A DNA stretch of 64,000 bases, taken from an uncultured archaeon. GTDB taxonomy: Archaea; Iainarchaeota; Iainarchaeia; Iainarchaeales; VGJJ01. Of the stretch, positions 9,755 to 19,638 are shown piece by piece. Every line of letters starts with the position of its first letter. Position 1 is the first letter of the stretch. A model generated the notes under the pieces. The model saw nothing but the letters and a program-made list of their open reading frames with translations. It was not told where the DNA came from and made no database searches. The stretch spans positions 149,663-213,662 of the forward strand of contig CAYRUV010000002.1 of the NCBI GenBank assembly GCA_964427715.1, in the 5' to 3' direction. The position numbers were made by a program, and so were the translations under genes.

Positions 9755-9828
9755 CCTTTTTCAGAGGTTTTCCATTATCTTGGTTCTAAACCCAAGCTCT
9801 TCTCGCTCCTAAACAGACGGGAATGGTA

Positions 9829-9850
9829 CCGGTGCCCGAAAAGGGTCCGG
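9829..9850 (+). promoter_or_regulatory. 5'-leader hairpin just upstream of the rps15 Shine-Dalgarno
   Basis: CCGG(U)GCCC-GAAAA-GGGUCCGG forms 8 bp with one bulged U and a G.U next to G-C. It ends 4 nt before AGGAG (9855-9859); the ATG is at 9869. Confidence 0.35.
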
Positions 9851-9868
9851 CTCAAGGAGAAATCCAGT

Positions 9869-10288
9869 ATGGCTAAAGCAAAGACTGAAGGAAAGACCGA
9901 ACAGTGGGTCGACTACAAGCCCTCGGAAATCGAAGACTTGATCGTCACCTTATCCAACCAAGGAATGAGCCCCCCGCAGATCGGGATGGCGCTCCGCGAC
10001 CAATACGGGGTCGTGAACGTGAAAGCACTGACGCAGAAGCGCGTGAACACGATTCTCACCGAGAAGGGACTCGCGCAAGACATCCCCAATGATTTGCTCA
10101 ACCTGATTGAGCGAAGCGTTGCGCTGAAGAAGCACATGGACATCAACAAGAAAGATTATTCAGCCCTCCGCGGATACCGAATCACGGTTTCAAAGATCCG
10201 CCGATTGGCCCACTACTATGTGAAAGAAGGAAAACTGCCGGCCACGTGGAAATTTACCGCCGAAACTGCCGCGCTGTTGGTGAAGTAA
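9869..10288 (+). CDS. rps15: Ribosomal protein uS15 (S15P/S13e)
   Basis: 139 aa. It has the archaeal S13e-type N-terminus (W..YKPSEIEDLIV.L..QG) and an S15 C-terminal fold motif (RI..L..YY). Confidence 0.9.
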   Translation: MAKAKTEGKTEQWVDYKPSEIEDLIVTLSNQGMSPPQIGMALRDQYGVVNVKALTQKRVNTILTEKGLAQDIPNDLLNLIERSVALKKHMDINKKDYSALRGYRITVSKIRRLAHYYVKEGKLPATWKFTAETAALLVK

Positions 10289-10302
10289 GGAGTTGACGAA
10301 CT

Positions 10303-10938
10303 ATGGCCCAAATGATTGACGAAGAAAGCAACAAGAAAGAAGCCAAGGGCGCAGCGGTGCCCAAGGCCCGAAAACGAAAGGGTGTCGACAAGTGGAAGAC
10401 CAAGAAATGGTTTACCGTCTTGGCTCCCGCCATGTTCAACAACGTCTCCCTGGGACAAACCCCCGCGGAAGACCCTGAGAACGTGATGAATCGAACGATT
10501 GCCGTGTCGGCCCGCGAACTCACGGGGAACATCAAGAAGAGCCAGTTGATGCTTCAGTTCCGCGTGAACAATGTTCAAGGATTGAATGCCTACACGCAGT
10601 TGGCCTCGATTATGGTCCAGCCCTCCTCGGTGCGCCGATTGGTGCGACGCCGAACCAGTAAGGTTGAATCGGTCGACGACGTCACGTGTAAGGATGGAGT
10701 CCGCGCCCGCGTCAAGAGTGTGGCGTTGGTGGCGAATCAGATTTCCGCCCCCAAACGAGCCCAAGTCCGCGTGATGCTCCGAGAAGGAGTTCAAGCGGTG
10801 GCCGGCCAGCACGACTATGAGGCCTTGCTTCAGCAGTTCGTGACGGGAGAGCCTATCAGCGGTGTCGTGGACAAGGCCCGAAAGATCGCCCCGATGAAGC
10901 GCGTGGACGTATTGAAGGTCACGCGCCTCTCGGCGTAA
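10303..10938 (+). CDS. rps3ae: Ribosomal protein eS1 (S3Ae)
   Basis: KKWFTVLAPAMFNNVSLGQTPA... is typical of S3Ae; 211 aa. Confidence 0.9.
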   Translation: MAQMIDEESNKKEAKGAAVPKARKRKGVDKWKTKKWFTVLAPAMFNNVSLGQTPAEDPENVMNRTIAVSARELTGNIKKSQLMLQFRVNNVQGLNAYTQLASIMVQPSSVRRLVRRRTSKVESVDDVTCKDGVRARVKSVALVANQISAPKRAQVRVMLREGVQAVAGQHDYEALLQQFVTGEPISGVVDKARKIAPMKRVDVLKVTRLSA

Positions 10939-10960
10939 GAGGACGAAAAGGGTCTCCTCT

Positions 10961-11635
10961 ATGGATACCACCGGCTGGATCATCGTGGGAGTCACACTCG
11001 CACTGGTCCTCCTCCTCATTACTGCGAAGAAACTCCTCAAGCCCACGGCGATTGTCACGGGACTCTTTGCCTCGCTGTATGTTGCGTATTTGGGGGGCGT
11101 GGGATCGTTCTTTGCCCTCATCTTATTTTTTCTCGTCGGAGAAGCCGTGACGCGACTCATTCGAGATAAGCACGCACGCAAACCGCATGGACAGCGTTCC
11201 ACGGTAAACATTGTGGGAAATATTGGTCCCTCGATGATTGCCCTCACGCTCAATCCGGTGGCATTCAACGTGATGTTCTTCGCCTCGCTGGCTGCGGCAT
11301 TCGCGGATACTTTGTCAAGTGAGATTGGGGTATTGTCCAAAGATAAGCCCCTCATGATCACCACCCTCAAACCTGCGATGGCTGGAGAGGATGGTGCCGT
11401 TTCCGTGTTGGGTTTCATGGGGGCCGCGCTGGGAGGATTGGTATTTGGACTGCTCACTCTCGCGTTGACGCAGAGTTTCTATTGGGCCGCCCTCATCTTT
11501 ATCGCCGGATTGTTTGGCTCCGTGGTTGATAGTGTATTAGGGGCCACCCTTCAGAAGGAAGGGTACTTGGACAACAACACGAATAACTTCGTATCGGCGT
11601 TGTTCGTAGGATTGTTCTTCGCGTTCTTCTTCTAA
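10961..11635 (+). CDS. DUF92/TMEM19-family membrane protein (the family includes phytyl-phosphate kinase VTE6)
   Basis: Polytopic, with FADTLSSEIG and DSVLGATLQ motifs characteristic of DUF92. Confidence 0.7.
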   Translation: MDTTGWIIVGVTLALVLLLITAKKLLKPTAIVTGLFASLYVAYLGGVGSFFALILFFLVGEAVTRLIRDKHARKPHGQRSTVNIVGNIGPSMIALTLNPVAFNVMFFASLAAAFADTLSSEIGVLSKDKPLMITTLKPAMAGEDGAVSVLGFMGAALGGLVFGLLTLALTQSFYWAALIFIAGLFGSVVDSVLGATLQKEGYLDNNTNNFVSALFVGLFFAFFF

Positions 11636-11647
11636 ACGAAAAAAAAT

Positions 11648-12706
11648 TTACTTCGCTTGAATCGAAGGGTCATTCGTGCTTTTGGATTCGATGCTACTCA
11701 CGAATCCTTTTCCGAACTGCACGCCGGAAGAGAATAGCAAGTCACTCAAGGAAAACTCTTCCTCGATGAACGTGTTGAGCGTGGGCTTTCCTTCAAATCC
11801 AGCCAATTCGCTGACTTTCAACAATGCTTCCTGTCGCGTTCCCACTTGATCCACGAGACCAATGTCTAGTGCTTGTCGCCCCGAGACAATGCGCCCATCC
11901 AACACCCCGTCAAACTTGGATTGGTTCAATCGATCCCCTCGGAAGGTGCGGAGGTCATTTACGAATGCAACAAATGCCTCATCCACTAATCCTTGGAAGA
12001 TGGCTTTCTCCTCGTCTGTGAGCGTGTTGTACGGGGAACCCACATCTTTGAGTTCGCCGGTCTTGATGCTGTCCATCTGCACGCCAAGCTTTTCCATGAG
12101 TCCGGTAAAATTAGGCAAAATAGAGATGACCCCAATGCTTCCCGTGATGGAATCCCCATCCGAGATAATGTAATCCGAGGATGCGGCAATGTAGTAGGCT
12201 CCACTCGCCCCTAACTCTCCAATCCACGAAACAACCGGCTTGTCGATCTCGCGTATCTTGGCGACAATCTGCTTGCTCGCTACCACACTTCCGCCGGGGG
12301 AATCAATATCCAAGAAAATAGCATCAATGGCGGGGTCCTTATTGGCACGATCCAACGCGTCTACTACTATCCCATCATTCACGGTGCCACTGCCCCCGTT
12401 GGAGACAATTTCTCCCTGAATGGGAATCCATGCCACGTTGGCACCGGAGGAAAACAAGGAGGTGGCTCCCGAGGGAGAGTCGGTGATCCCGGAGAGTAAG
12501 AATCCGATAACGTATAATGCTAACAGGAATGCAGCCGCCAGCACCAACCAGTCTCGCATGGTTCGTCCGCGGGGCTTCCGAGGGCCAGCCTCAGGGGCGG
12601 GTTCTTCCTCCCAGGGAGTGATGCGCGGGTCTCGTTCTTTTTCATTGAATGTATGCGCATTGGCGCGTCCCGGGGTCATAGTGCTCGCTAATTCAAGGGC
12701 ACCCAT
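11648..12706 (-). CDS. sppA: Signal peptide peptidase SppA (S49)
   Basis: DSPGGSVVAS and ASGAYYIA...ITGSIGV motifs with an N-terminal TM. The true start may be an internal Met (e.g. MRDWLVL, 12559). Confidence 0.8.
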   Translation of the reverse strand: MGALELASTMTPGRANAHTFNEKERDPRITPWEEEPAPEAGPRKPRGRTMRDWLVLAAAFLLALYVIGFLLSGITDSPSGATSLFSSGANVAWIPIQGEIVSNGGSGTVNDGIVVDALDRANKDPAIDAIFLDIDSPGGSVVASKQIVAKIREIDKPVVSWIGELGASGAYYIAASSDYIISDGDSITGSIGVISILPNFTGLMEKLGVQMDSIKTGELKDVGSPYNTLTDEEKAIFQGLVDEAFVAFVNDLRTFRGDRLNQSKFDGVLDGRIVSGRQALDIGLVDQVGTRQEALLKVSELAGFEGKPTLNTFIEEEFSLSDLLFSSGVQFGKGFVSSIESKSTNDPSIQAK

Positions 12707-12740
12707 TTCCTTTTAATGAGAGGCACCGCAGTTTGAATTC

Positions 12741-13253
12741 ATGCAAGAGCTGTGGATCCCGCTCCTATTGACGGCTGTTCCATTGTACGTGGCCAACGCC
12801 TCTGCGGTCGTGTTTGGAGGAAAGACTCCGGTAGATTTCAATCGAGTCTGGCCGGACGGAAAACCCATCCTGGGGAAAGGAAAGACCTGGAAAGGATTTG
12901 GAATGGGTGTGTTAATCGGCACATTCGTGGGGGGAATCATCCTACATTTCTATCCCGCACAGGCACTCGAGACATCGTCTCATTATTTGCTCTACGCGTT
13001 CCTCCTTTCCGCGGGTGCCTTGATTGGAGATATGGTGGGGAGCTTCATCAAGCGACGAATGGGGTTGCACCGCGGGCAGGCGGCGCACTTCCTGGACCAA
13101 CTGGACTTCGTGATTGGAGGGCTGTTATTGAGCCTGTTTGTGAATCCTCCCTATTGGACGGTTTTTCTTCTCCTCATCATGATTACCCCCTTCATGCACA
13201 TGGCCTTCAACCGCCTAGCATACCTTTTAGGACTCAAGAGCGTTCCGTGGTGA
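12741..13253 (+). CDS. carS: CDP-archaeol synthase (CarS, DUF46)
   Basis: 170 aa. Motifs PLYVANASAVVFGG, KTWKG and GDMVGSFIKRR..., five TM segments. Confidence 0.8.
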   Translation: MQELWIPLLLTAVPLYVANASAVVFGGKTPVDFNRVWPDGKPILGKGKTWKGFGMGVLIGTFVGGIILHFYPAQALETSSHYLLYAFLLSAGALIGDMVGSFIKRRMGLHRGQAAHFLDQLDFVIGGLLLSLFVNPPYWTVFLLLIMITPFMHMAFNRLAYLLGLKSVPW

Positions 13254-13793
13254 ATGAAATCATCCAGTGAGAGTGTGGTTGGGTCCTTTTTCTCACGTGA
13301 AGAGATACGCACGTTCCTCTTTCGCTTTTTCCTCGTGTTTATCGGGGTAGAATTTCTCTTGTACGTGTTCCCTCCCATTCCCTACCAAGAATGGTTGGCA
13401 TCTTCAGTGGCCGGGTGGTTCGCAATTCCTGTTCACGAAATCTGGGTGGGCGTCGCGCATGGGAATTTTGAGATCACTCCTTCGTGTACGGGATTTACTT
13501 CTGCGGCACTTTTCCTAGGACTCTTACTCGGATTCCCCTCTCTCCCTAAGCGAAAAGAAAGATGGGCGTTGTTGGGTGTACTGTTGATTCTCGTACTCAA
13601 CTATCTCCGATTGCTCGCGGTTATTTGGACGGGGGAGAATGTTTCCTTGTTCGCGGCGGAAACAATTCACGTTCTTTCATGGTTCATCTTGAGTGGGATT
13701 GCATTGGGACTGTGGTTCCGTATTCTTCAGCATGAAACGAATGAAAAGAATTGGAGAAAAATAGGAAAAGCGCTCCTGCGCGCCTCCAACTAA
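13254..13793 (+). CDS. Short exosortase/archaeosortase-family protein
   Basis: Polytopic. The Cys/Arg/His triad context is ITPSCTG ... NYLRL ... IHVLSW. The ATG directly follows the carS stop (TGAATG). Confidence 0.6.
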   Translation: MKSSSESVVGSFFSREEIRTFLFRFFLVFIGVEFLLYVFPPIPYQEWLASSVAGWFAIPVHEIWVGVAHGNFEITPSCTGFTSAALFLGLLLGFPSLPKRKERWALLGVLLILVLNYLRLLAVIWTGENVSLFAAETIHVLSWFILSGIALGLWFRILQHETNEKNWRKIGKALLRASN

Positions 13794-15500
13794 TTAGTTC
13801 GCCGCGTGAGCGGGGTGTTCTTCCGTCTGGTTGGGCTTCAGAATGCTCTTGATGATTTCCTGGAACGCAGGTCGGGAGATCAAGACACCCAACAAGACAC
13901 CGGCGATGGTGGTCAAGGCAAACCCGGCGAGCTTTCCGATACCGGATCCCAAAATAACCATGGGGAGCATCACCGCAATTGCCACCGACGCCGAGGCGGC
14001 CACGATGAAGAAGGCGCGCTTGGCTCGAGCGGCCCATCCTTTCTCATCTTTATCGGCTTCTTCCTTCTCTCCCTGGAGGATTTCATCGGTCATGATGACC
14101 TCAGAGTCGACTCCGGTTCCCACGGCCGCCAGAATTCCAGCCATCGAGGCCAAATCTAGATTCCACTTCACCATGGCGGCGAATCCCAGGATCATGATGA
14201 CCTCAGAAATACCCATGATGCTCAGGGGACCGAACAGTTTCCAGCGGCGATAGCGCAGGAAGATGATGATCTCCACCACAATGAATGAGAGGATTCCCAT
14301 CAGCCACACGGAGGAGAGGAACTGTTCTCCCAAGTCGGCGGAAACCGTTTGCTGGTTGATGGAGACGATGGGGATGGGCAATGCGCCGCTCTTCAACAGC
14401 ACGCGCAAATCATCCAATCGCTGCTTGGCCTCGGCGGCATTGGGGGCGCTTCCCGTGATGACCAGCAAGGGGTGGGTGGGTGCATCCTGGATGTCCTCGA
14501 TGAAGGGATCGTTTCCCGTGATTCCGGGGGACAATGAAATCACGTCTCGAAGGCCGGAAACATTGACAATCCACACCTGCGTGGGGGATTCTTCAATCTT
14601 CACAATGGGCAAGGTAGAAAGTCCTTCAATCTGAGTGAGGGTGGCCTCGTCGATGGAGGCGGGGACTAAAATGCTCTTGACGCTTGCGGGAGGGGCTTGG
14701 AGCAAGGCCAATCCTGCCTCGGGGATTCCATTCTCATCCGTTTCAATGAGGTGGAGGTTGGCGTTTTCGAGGATATCCGAAATGGTCACGTCGTTCGGGT
14801 ACTGCAAATCGGCCGTGGTGTGGAGTTTTCCGGCATCACTTGAACGAACGAGCGAAGGATACACCACCAATGCGCTGGTAGGTCGGTCGATGAAGAAATA
14901 CGTGGCCTCACAGTTGAATTGAGGGGATCCGGCGGAGAATCCTATCTGCTCGCACTGGTGGAAAATAGCCTTGGAGAAATCCTGGGCGGCCTTGTCATTC
15001 AACAAGAAGGGCAACGTCCACGTGTAGGCATCCCCCACTCCCGTGGGGTGGGCCCCGTATCCCTGGGCGGCATTTTCGATGACTTGGACGATTTGTCCCC
15101 CATCAAAGACCAATTGTCCGTTTAAGAAAGACTCAAAGCGTCCTTGCTTGAGGAGCAAGGATTGGAGATTTTGTACTTCTTCAGAGTCCGTCTCCGCGAC
15201 TTGGGCAATGACGATCTGGTTTCCCGTGTTGGATACCGTGACATCCTTGATCCCATTCGGGTTGAGCCGCTTCTCTACAATAAACTTGATCTCACTCATC
15301 TGCGCATTCGTGGCAGGCTCGGCGAGTTGGAGTTGGAATAATGTTCCCCCGGAAAATTCGCTTCCCAGGGTGAGGTTGTGCCCAATCTTGAGTCCATCAT
15401 CAAACTGCACATTCACGATGAGCGCGAGACTTCCCAGCAGGAAGAAGGCCCACAGCAAGACTTTCCAGTTTTTCCACAAGGGTTGATGTTTGGTTGTCAT
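13794..15500 (-). CDS. secD: Protein-export membrane protein SecD
   Basis: 568 aa with an N-terminal TM, a large periplasmic-type domain and a C-terminal 5-TM block (GILAAVGTGVDSEVIMTDE). Confidence 0.85.
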   Translation of the reverse strand: MTTKHQPLWKNWKVLLWAFFLLGSLALIVNVQFDDGLKIGHNLTLGSEFSGGTLFQLQLAEPATNAQMSEIKFIVEKRLNPNGIKDVTVSNTGNQIVIAQVAETDSEEVQNLQSLLLKQGRFESFLNGQLVFDGGQIVQVIENAAQGYGAHPTGVGDAYTWTLPFLLNDKAAQDFSKAIFHQCEQIGFSAGSPQFNCEATYFFIDRPTSALVVYPSLVRSSDAGKLHTTADLQYPNDVTISDILENANLHLIETDENGIPEAGLALLQAPPASVKSILVPASIDEATLTQIEGLSTLPIVKIEESPTQVWIVNVSGLRDVISLSPGITGNDPFIEDIQDAPTHPLLVITGSAPNAAEAKQRLDDLRVLLKSGALPIPIVSINQQTVSADLGEQFLSSVWLMGILSFIVVEIIIFLRYRRWKLFGPLSIMGISEVIMILGFAAMVKWNLDLASMAGILAAVGTGVDSEVIMTDEILQGEKEEADKDEKGWAARAKRAFFIVAASASVAIAVMLPMVILGSGIGKLAGFALTTIAGVLLGVLISRPAFQEIIKSILKPNQTEEHPAHAAN

Positions 15501-16561
15501 GCGCTGGCCTCCAATTTACCGTGTTTCTTTTCCCAGTACCACAACAAAATCGGTGCATTCGTGAACCAGGTGGCAATGATGTCTCCGAACAATCCGAATA
15601 GGATGGTGGCGGCAATCTCGTAGATCACGTTAATCTGGCTATACCACGAAACGGCCAACATGACTAATGTAGCCCCCACGAGGGTGGCTGTAACGGTAAG
15701 TCCTGTCAAGAGGGTGTCGTTGCTTCGTTCAAGGATGGTCTTATCCTTGCGCTTGAGCATTCTCGTGGTGAGCAAAATGTCCGTGTCGATGGAATACCCC
15801 ACCATCATGAGCAATGCTGCTACTGTAGAGAGGGTGATGGAGAATCCAAACAATGTAAGCAAGGCCACCGCGGTGAGCATGTCGAACAACGCCGCTTCCA
15901 CCACTGCTAATGAGGGGATGACTTCGCGGAAGAAGATGAAAATGACAATAATGAGCAACACCATCGAGACCAGCGCCACATAGATGGTGTTCGAGAGGAA
16001 GCTGGCTCCAAACGAAGGGGTGACTTGTTCCACCGTGAAGGGAGTGTCCGCGGGGAGATCAAACTCTTCAATCAAGGATTGCTGCACCGTGTTGGCGATG
16101 CCGGAGCTTTTTTCATTCACAGCCAGAGATGCTTGCTGGAGTAGCCCTTCCACCGTTTGATCCGCAGTAGGATTCACATTCAGCTTGGCGAGCGTGCTCA
16201 AGAATAATGATTTGGCCGCGGCGTCATCCTTCTTGGATTTCGCCTCAATTCCCTGTTCAAGGAGTGCACGTGCATCCGATACGTCTTTGGGTTCCGCGTA
16301 CTCGATGCGCGTGTTCTTTCCTAAGGGTCCGTCCACCTGCGTGACTTTGACTTCAGGCAATCCTAATTGGTTGGTGAGCAAATCTTGAACGGGTTGTGCT
16401 TGGAGCATGTCCGAGCTGGCAATGATGCGCGTGCCCCCGACGAAGTCCAATCCCAGGGTGACTCCGGGGAAAACGAACACGATGAATAGGAAAATCACGG
16501 CCAAGACGGCGGGCAAAATGAGAAGGGGCTTGTAGTTCGGGGTGTATAATTTGAATGCCAT
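15497..16561 (-). CDS. secF: Protein-export membrane protein SecF
   Basis: LDFVGGT and GYSIDTDILLTTRMLK motifs. It overlaps the secD start by 4 nt. Confidence 0.85.
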   Translation of the reverse strand: MAFKLYTPNYKPLLILPAVLAVIFLFIVFVFPGVTLGLDFVGGTRIIASSDMLQAQPVQDLLTNQLGLPEVKVTQVDGPLGKNTRIEYAEPKDVSDARALLEQGIEAKSKKDDAAAKSLFLSTLAKLNVNPTADQTVEGLLQQASLAVNEKSSGIANTVQQSLIEEFDLPADTPFTVEQVTPSFGASFLSNTIYVALVSMVLLIIVIFIFFREVIPSLAVVEAALFDMLTAVALLTLFGFSITLSTVAALLMMVGYSIDTDILLTTRMLKRKDKTILERSNDTLLTGLTVTATLVGATLVMLAVSWYSQINVIYEIAATILFGLFGDIIATWFTNAPILLWYWEKKHGKLEASA

Positions 16562-16636
16562 GGGAAAACCCTAAGGGAGAATCGCCCAAAAGGCTTAATA
16601 ATCGCCCGTCCAACCCATCCAAACGACTGGAAGGGC

Positions 16637-16644
16637 ATTATAAA
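16637..16644 (+). promoter_or_regulatory. TATA-like box ATTATAAA 23 nt upstream of the nog1 ATG (leaderless)
   Basis: Seen at the canonical distance from the ATG at 16667. Confidence 0.4.
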
Positions 16645-16666
16645 CGCTCTTTATCCCACCCTTTCT

Positions 16667-17653
16667 ATGCAGTTCTATTCCATCGAAGAACCGGATGCGC
16701 TCATCGAGCACGCCTTCAACCACGCCCGAAAAATGGCCCCCATGACACGCACACGAGCGAGTACGATTCAGCACCGAAAGGAGAAAGTGGTTCGAAAAAT
16801 GGAGCTTTTCCAGCAATACTTGGACAAGCAGCTCAACTATTTGGAAATATCCATTCCCAAAGTGGCTAATTTACATCCCTTCTACCAGGAATTGTTGCCG
16901 GAAACCATTGAAGTGGGGAAAGTCAAGATGGCCGCCTCCCAAATTGTGAGCGTGCGACGATTACTCAAAAAGCAATTCATCTTCGGAAAGCGCGCCATCT
17001 ACCAGCACTCCACGGATGCCGTGGAACACATGAAGAAGGAAAGCGCGCGTTACTTCGGACGATGTGCCAGTATTGTAAAGAGTCTTAAGACGAACATCCA
17101 GGTACTCAAAGAGGCAAATCAAAAATTGAAAGAAGTCCCGGATGTGCGCGTGGATATTCCCACGCTTGTGCTTGCGGGATTTCCTAACACGGGAAAAACA
17201 ACCTTACTCAAACGATTAACCGGGAGCAAAGCTCAGATTGCCTCGTATCCCTTCACCACGAAATCATTGAACTTGGGTTACTTCAAGATGAAGTATCGTG
17301 AGATTCAGGTCATGGACACTCCTGGATTGTTGGATCGAATGGACAAAGAATGGAATCCCATCGAAAAGAAAGCTCGTACCGCCTTGAAGTATTTGGCCAC
17401 CTGCGTATTGTTTGTCGTAGATCCCACCCCTGCGGCGGGTTATACGCTGGAGCAGCAGCACCAGTTGTTTGAGAACATCAAGTCCCAATTCCCCGTGCGA
17501 TTCTTGGTCGTATTGAACAAGACCGATTTGGCCACCCCCGAGATGCTCGAGAAGGCCAATGAGGTATTCGGGATGGATGCCGTCCGCGACGGAGAAGGGG
17601 TCGACTCTAACATGCGCGACCACGTCTGGCGCGCCCTCGGCTTAGGGCGATAG
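16667..17653 (+). CDS. nog1: NOG1-family GTPase
   Basis: NOG1-type N-terminal helical domain followed by G1 GFPNTGKTT, PFTT and DTPGLLDR. Confidence 0.8.
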   Translation: MQFYSIEEPDALIEHAFNHARKMAPMTRTRASTIQHRKEKVVRKMELFQQYLDKQLNYLEISIPKVANLHPFYQELLPETIEVGKVKMAASQIVSVRRLLKKQFIFGKRAIYQHSTDAVEHMKKESARYFGRCASIVKSLKTNIQVLKEANQKLKEVPDVRVDIPTLVLAGFPNTGKTTLLKRLTGSKAQIASYPFTTKSLNLGYFKMKYREIQVMDTPGLLDRMDKEWNPIEKKARTALKYLATCVLFVVDPTPAAGYTLEQQHQLFENIKSQFPVRFLVVLNKTDLATPEMLEKANEVFGMDAVRDGEGVDSNMRDHVWRALGLGR

Positions 17654-17772
17654 CCCAACCCAACCTTTAAGAGTAGGGAATCCGTTGGACTATTCAGTGA
17701 CCTTTGATTGGTTACTATGCCTTGACATCGGCGATAACTCCTTAAATTAAGTCTGGAAGAGGGTAGTTGATT

Positions 17773-18057
17773 ATGCCCAAAAAGAAAGTGGATTGGACCA
17801 AAGTGAAAACGGACATTGAGGCCATAGCGGAGCTCATGGGAAACGTCTTGGAAGATACGGCGGTTCCCCGAAACATTCGCGCGGCCGTGGACGAAGCGAG
17901 AAAAGTAATTCTCGCGGCGACCGACGATGTTCCTATTTCAAGAGCCATCTACTTGCTGGACGACGTGAGCAACGACATTAACTTGCCCTCGCATTCCAGA
18001 ACCGATTTATGGACGATTATCTCTGAGCTCGAGTCATTGAAAGAAAAACTCGGGTAA
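17773..18057 (+). CDS. UPF0147-family small protein
   Basis: The DTAVPRNIR ... DDVSNDINLPSHSRTDLWTIISELE pattern is typical of archaeal UPF0147. The track start at 17767 is a non-ATG codon. Confidence 0.75.
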   Translation: MPKKKVDWTKVKTDIEAIAELMGNVLEDTAVPRNIRAAVDEARKVILAATDDVPISRAIYLLDDVSNDINLPSHSRTDLWTIISELESLKEKLG

Positions 18058-18063
18058 GAGAAC

Positions 18064-19638
18064 GTGAACGAAACAACACTCTCCACATCTTCGGAAAAGC
18101 CGGCCACTCCGCTTGTGCACACATCCGAACGCACGAATGCGGTGTTGGAGTATGCGCAGCAAAAAGGATTGATGCTTCACCCGCAAGCATTGGAACTTCT
18201 CGCGACCAAACACAACTTTTCAACCATTCTCGATTCTCTCGCGCTCGAAAACACGTTCATGATTACCCACGCGCACGTGGAGAGAAAAAGCACGCCCAAC
18301 GAGGGTCTTTCTACTACTCCCGAGAGTGTTCCATCCAAACCCAAGCCTCTCGCGGCGGAATATTCTCCCAACTACAAGATTCTTTCTCACCTCAACTACA
18401 ATGGGCAGTCCGATTCCAAAGGAAAAGCGAACGACTTCCTCTTACTCTTCCAGGATAAGTACAATTTCCTCTTCAATGAGCTCAAAAATAGGGGATACCA
18501 GCCCAAATCCCTCGCGAAGCTAGACCGGCAAGGACGAGACACGGAGTTTGATCTCGTCGTAATGATATCTGAGAAGAAGAACACGAAGAATGGGCACGTG
18601 TTGCTAGCCATCGAAGACCTGGAAGGGGACGCCAAGGCTCTCATCCCGGCGTCCGATGTGGAATTGATTGAGAAAGCCAAGCGCCTCACGGATGATGATG
18701 TCATTGGGATGAAAGTCAAGATGGCCCGGCAAGGAGAATTGCTAATCGTGAAAGAATTCTCGTGGCCAGACTTGCCTCACCGTAAACCCAAGATGAGTGA
18801 CGTGGATTTGGGATTAGTTGTTACCAGTGATATTCACATCGGAAGCAAACTATTCTTGCGCCCGTGGTGGGAGAAGTTCATCCAGTGGATGAAAGGAGAA
18901 GTTGGGAGTGATTCTGAAAAGGCACGCGTGGGGAAATTGAAGTATTTGGTCATCGCCGGGGATTGTGTGGATGGGATTGGAGTGTATCCCAATCACATCA
19001 ACGAATTAGAAGTCAAGGACATCTACGAGCAGTACAAGCAATTTCAGTCCTACCTCCAGCAATTACCCGAGCACTTGGAAATATTCATCACGCCTGGAAA
19101 CCACGACCCGTGTCGGTGGCACGATCCTCAGCCTCCCGTGATGAAGGATTTCGTTCCCGAGCTGTACGCGCAAAAGAACATCCACTTTCTCCCCTCCCCT
19201 TCATGGGTGGAAATAGAGAATCAGAAGACGCTTATCTATCATGGCAGCGGGCTCATCGGGGGAATGTTTGCCATGAATATTCCACCTACAAAACCGGAGG
19301 AAGTCATCAAAGAATTGCTGATTAAGCGGGATTTGATGAGTGTGTATGGGACGAAACACCCGTATGCGCCGGAACCCAAAGCGTACATGCTGGTGAAAGA
19401 ACACCCTGACGTGTACATTGGGGGAGATAATCACTACAACGCCTACGCACAATACCGCGGAACCACCATCATCAACAATGGATGCTGGCAAACCACATCC
19501 GCATATGCGGCCTCGAAGGGATTCATCGCGACTCCTGGACGCGTTCCCCAATTCCTATTCAAAACAGCCACAATTCGAGAGAGCCGATTCGATAAGGCCG
19601 AATCCAATTCCACCACTCCTGAGGGGTTGACTCCATGA
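18064..19638 (+). CDS. dp1: DNA polymerase II (PolD) small subunit DP1
   Basis: Calcineurin-like phosphoesterase motifs (SDIHIGS, GDCVDGIGVYPNH, PGNHD). GTG start. The stop overlaps the DP2 start (ATGA). Confidence 0.9.
   Translation: MNETTLSTSSEKPATPLVHTSERTNAVLEYAQQKGLMLHPQALELLATKHNFSTILDSLALENTFMITHAHVERKSTPNEGLSTTPESVPSKPKPLAAEYSPNYKILSHLNYNGQSDSKGKANDFLLLFQDKYNFLFNELKNRGYQPKSLAKLDRQGRDTEFDLVVMISEKKNTKNGHVLLAIEDLEGDAKALIPASDVELIEKAKRLTDDDVIGMKVKMARQGELLIVKEFSWPDLPHRKPKMSDVDLGLVVTSDIHIGSKLFLRPWWEKFIQWMKGEVGSDSEKARVGKLKYLVIAGDCVDGIGVYPNHINELEVKDIYEQYKQFQSYLQQLPEHLEIFITPGNHDPCRWHDPQPPVMKDFVPELYAQKNIHFLPSPSWVEIENQKTLIYHGSGLIGGMFAMNIPPTKPEEVIKELLIKRDLMSVYGTKHPYAPEPKAYMLVKEHPDVYIGGDNHYNAYAQYRGTTIINNGCWQTTSAYAASKGFIATPGRVPQFLFKTATIRESRFDKAESNSTTPEGLTP

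Noticed and set aside
10216-11457. 413-aa minus-strand ORF, the longest unassigned ORF in this part of the track.
   Set aside because: It runs antisense to rps15, rps3ae and the DUF92 gene, all of which have clear family motifs. Its sequence is low-complexity (Ser/Ala/Arg/Leu-rich) with no recognisable domain. It looks like a typical shadow ORF.
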